Below, in pieces: positions 63,783 to 64,000 of a stretch of 64,000 nt of DNA (positions within the stretch are counted from its first letter, which is position 1; the number at the start of each line of letters is the position of its first letter). This DNA comes from Patescibacteria group bacterium (GTDB lineage Bacteria; Patescibacteriota; UBA1384; GWA2-35-9; JBASTP01). The stretch spans positions 81,216-145,215 of the forward strand of contig JBASTP010000002.1 of NCBI GenBank assembly GCA_049274945.1, written 5' to 3'. A program made the position numbers and the translations under genes. The notes under the pieces are model-generated. The model was not told the origin of the DNA, searched no databases, and saw nothing but the letters and a program-made list of their open reading frames with translations.

Positions 63783-64000
63783 TTTGAAAAAGTCAGAACC
63801 CATTTTGCGGAGAACCCCCAATGACCGCCTCCGCTTCGCTCCGGCGGAACGCTCGGGCGCGGCGGAATTCCCCCCACACCCCCCTTCCGCCGCGCCCTCG
63901 CTTTGAAAGCCGTCGTCATTCAGACCAACGAAGCTGGCACGCCACAAGTGGATTTATTATAGCTTGCCTTCCTTTATCAATTCAATTGATGACTTTCCGG

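Overview
Most of this 64-kb window reads like the conserved core of a small-genome, Patescibacteria/CPR-like bacterium; that assignment is an inference from gene content and has not been checked against any database. Coding density is high, almost all genes are on the minus strand, and GC content looks like roughly 50-55% with several visibly AT-rich islets.

Main contents:
- 1-3.2 kb: a ribosomal/tRNA cluster (tRNA-Trp, rpmG, tRNA-Thr, tRNA-Tyr, tRNA-Thr). It is interrupted by two low-GC genes: a TIR-domain protein, partial at the window edge, and a free-standing HTH plus LAGLIDADG-like protein. A VapBC module follows.
- 3.4-22.4 kb: housekeeping genes (holB, rpmB, an M50 protease, argS, tyrS, PBP1A, radA, a yacL-like PIN-TRAM gene, recJ), with DUF4258/DUF2283 and YefM/RelE toxin-antitoxin pairs.
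- 21.6-41.5 kb: a division/cell-wall cluster on the minus strand, in the order mraZ, ftsL, ftsI, a large surface-repeat protein, an SH3b protein, murF, mraY, pgeF, murD, ftsW, murG, murC, murB, eno, ddl, an antisense PAS gene, ftsQ. No rsmH is present, and ftsA and ftsZ are not adjacent.
- 41.5-44.2 kb: an AT-rich islet of unknown genes.
- 44.2-50.4 kb: glyQS, a second VapBC pair, alr, recO, a nucleotidyltransferase and mutM.
- 50.6-54.4 kb: an EndoQ-like PHP-domain gene, then a contingency-like region containing MNT/HEPN-like and PIN/AbrB pairs, a SIMPL protein, and two paralogous promoters with poly-G tracts in the spacer.
- 54.4-56.0 kb: an ABC-2 transporter.
- 56.0-61.9 kb: a 5S-23S rRNA operon on the minus strand, with no 16S in the window. 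The 23S carries four group I introns, three of which encode LAGLIDADG homing endonucleases.

Several repeat families recur through the window: a roughly 150-nt 3'-UTR element, roughly 90-bp elements at division/cell-wall gene junctions that contain MraZ-box-like GTGGAT motifs, a 34-nt exact repeat, tRNA 5'-fragment plus hairpin elements, and in-frame mini-repeats inside mur genes.

All calls rest on reading the sequence and the six-frame ORF track. No database searches were run.
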